A stretch of DNA of 61,043 bases, filler included, from Nemertoderma westbladi (lineage: Eukaryota; Animalia; Xenacoelomorpha): assembly GCA_032718475.1 (NCBI GenBank). It is 3 parts of 3 records of this genome, joined end to end, with 100 filler letters (N's around TTAATTAATTAA, not from the genome) between each part and the next. Parts side by side here need not be neighbours in the genome. Positions count along the whole stretch, not along the records: positions 43,444 to 61,043 come from JAUCBJ010001289.1; 2 more parts are not named here. One strand, written 5' to 3'. A model generated the notes under the pieces. That model did no database searches and was not told the DNA's origin. It saw only the letters and a program-made list of their open reading frames with translations. Positions 60,257 to 61,043 of this stretch are shown here, piece by piece (the first letter of the stretch is position 1; every line of letters begins with the position of its first letter). A program made the translations under genes and the position numbers.

Positions 60257-61043
60257 ATGTACTGCCATATATGTGGAAATATAATCGAAGGCGAACACAA
60301 TAAATACTGTCACAATTGTGGGAGTGCATTGTCTCATTCAATTAGGCATATAGATGAGAATGATTTTTTTGCAAACTGAAACTCTCACTGGTGTCTGTAC
60401 CAGCACCAGCACTCCTGTTGTTAACCGCAGTGGTAGTGATAAAGATTAATCAGAACCGTACCATTCTTTCATTTGATGAATACAGAAGTTCTAAAGGGAA
60501 ACAATGGAAAGAACGAGTATCCGGTGGGATTGGTGGCTCAAGCCCTGGCAATCGGGCAGGATCTAGTGATGTATCAATCGGGATTGGAATGATATATTGG
60601 AACGACGTCGATGGCAAATTCAAGGTTCGACGCGGTAAGAGGCTAGCACTATCAGTTAATGAAACGGATAAGTATAATGATTTGTTTAATAAGGCCTTAA
60701 ATAAGTGGAAGGCATATTGTCCTGATTGTTATGATGAACATATGTTTTATTGTTTAACTTTTGAAAATGGCATTACTGCAGAATTTCTCCCAGGTAGTAA
60801 GGAGATTTTTAATTTAAATATATATAAGGAAAATGTCGGAAAACAGTACAGCCGGATCACCCTGTATTTATGTAGCCAAGATGATAGGGAAGATTTTGAA
60901 GGGATTCAAATAAGAGAGTCTGTGGTTGAGTCTGTGAGCGATACGCAACAGGTAAATGAACAAGTATGTGAGAATAATAGGCCTACTGATTTTGAAAACA
61001 CAACATTAGCACAAGATAATCCCGTAATCGAATCAGTTTCCAG
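60257..61043 (+). pseudogene. Frameshifted gene running off the right edge: N-terminal Zn ribbon plus a globular-looking domain, possibly TE-borne
   Basis: ATG 60257 gives MYCHICG...KYCHNCG (stop 60377-60379). Another frame is open 60364-61043: ILSFDEYR...VSIGIGMI...RRGKRLALSV...FLPGSKEIFNLNIYKENVGKQYSRITLYLC. Absent from the ORF track. Confidence 0.55.

Overview
AT-rich eukaryotic (probably invertebrate animal) genomic window dominated by transposable elements and tandem repeats. Two artificial 100-nt scaffold joins (21765-21864, 43344-43443) split it into three contigs. Host genes: (i) five in-phase minus-strand exons (21058 down to 7123) of a Cys-rich protein with Ephrin_rec_like (GCC2_GCC3)-type repeats; (ii) one isolated trypsin-family protease exon (41159-41348); (iii) an intronless, probably GPI-anchored 10-Cys Ly6/uPAR-like ORF (57166-57918). 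Most striking: both large satellites (19-bp x ~260 and 36-bp x ~105) start at the 5' splice site of consecutive exons of gene (i) and are tandem amplifications of that donor site, and only the first donor of each gives an open frame. Also present: a complete minimal hammerhead ribozyme (35541-35586, minus strand); an LTR element with an unlisted 634-codon ORF running off the left edge; a pol-less BEL/Pao element; several LINEs; and an 11.4-kb nested palindrome (Academ > foldback/MULE-like > Penelope) whose outer arms may be an assembly artefact. All calls are by eye, with no database searches.
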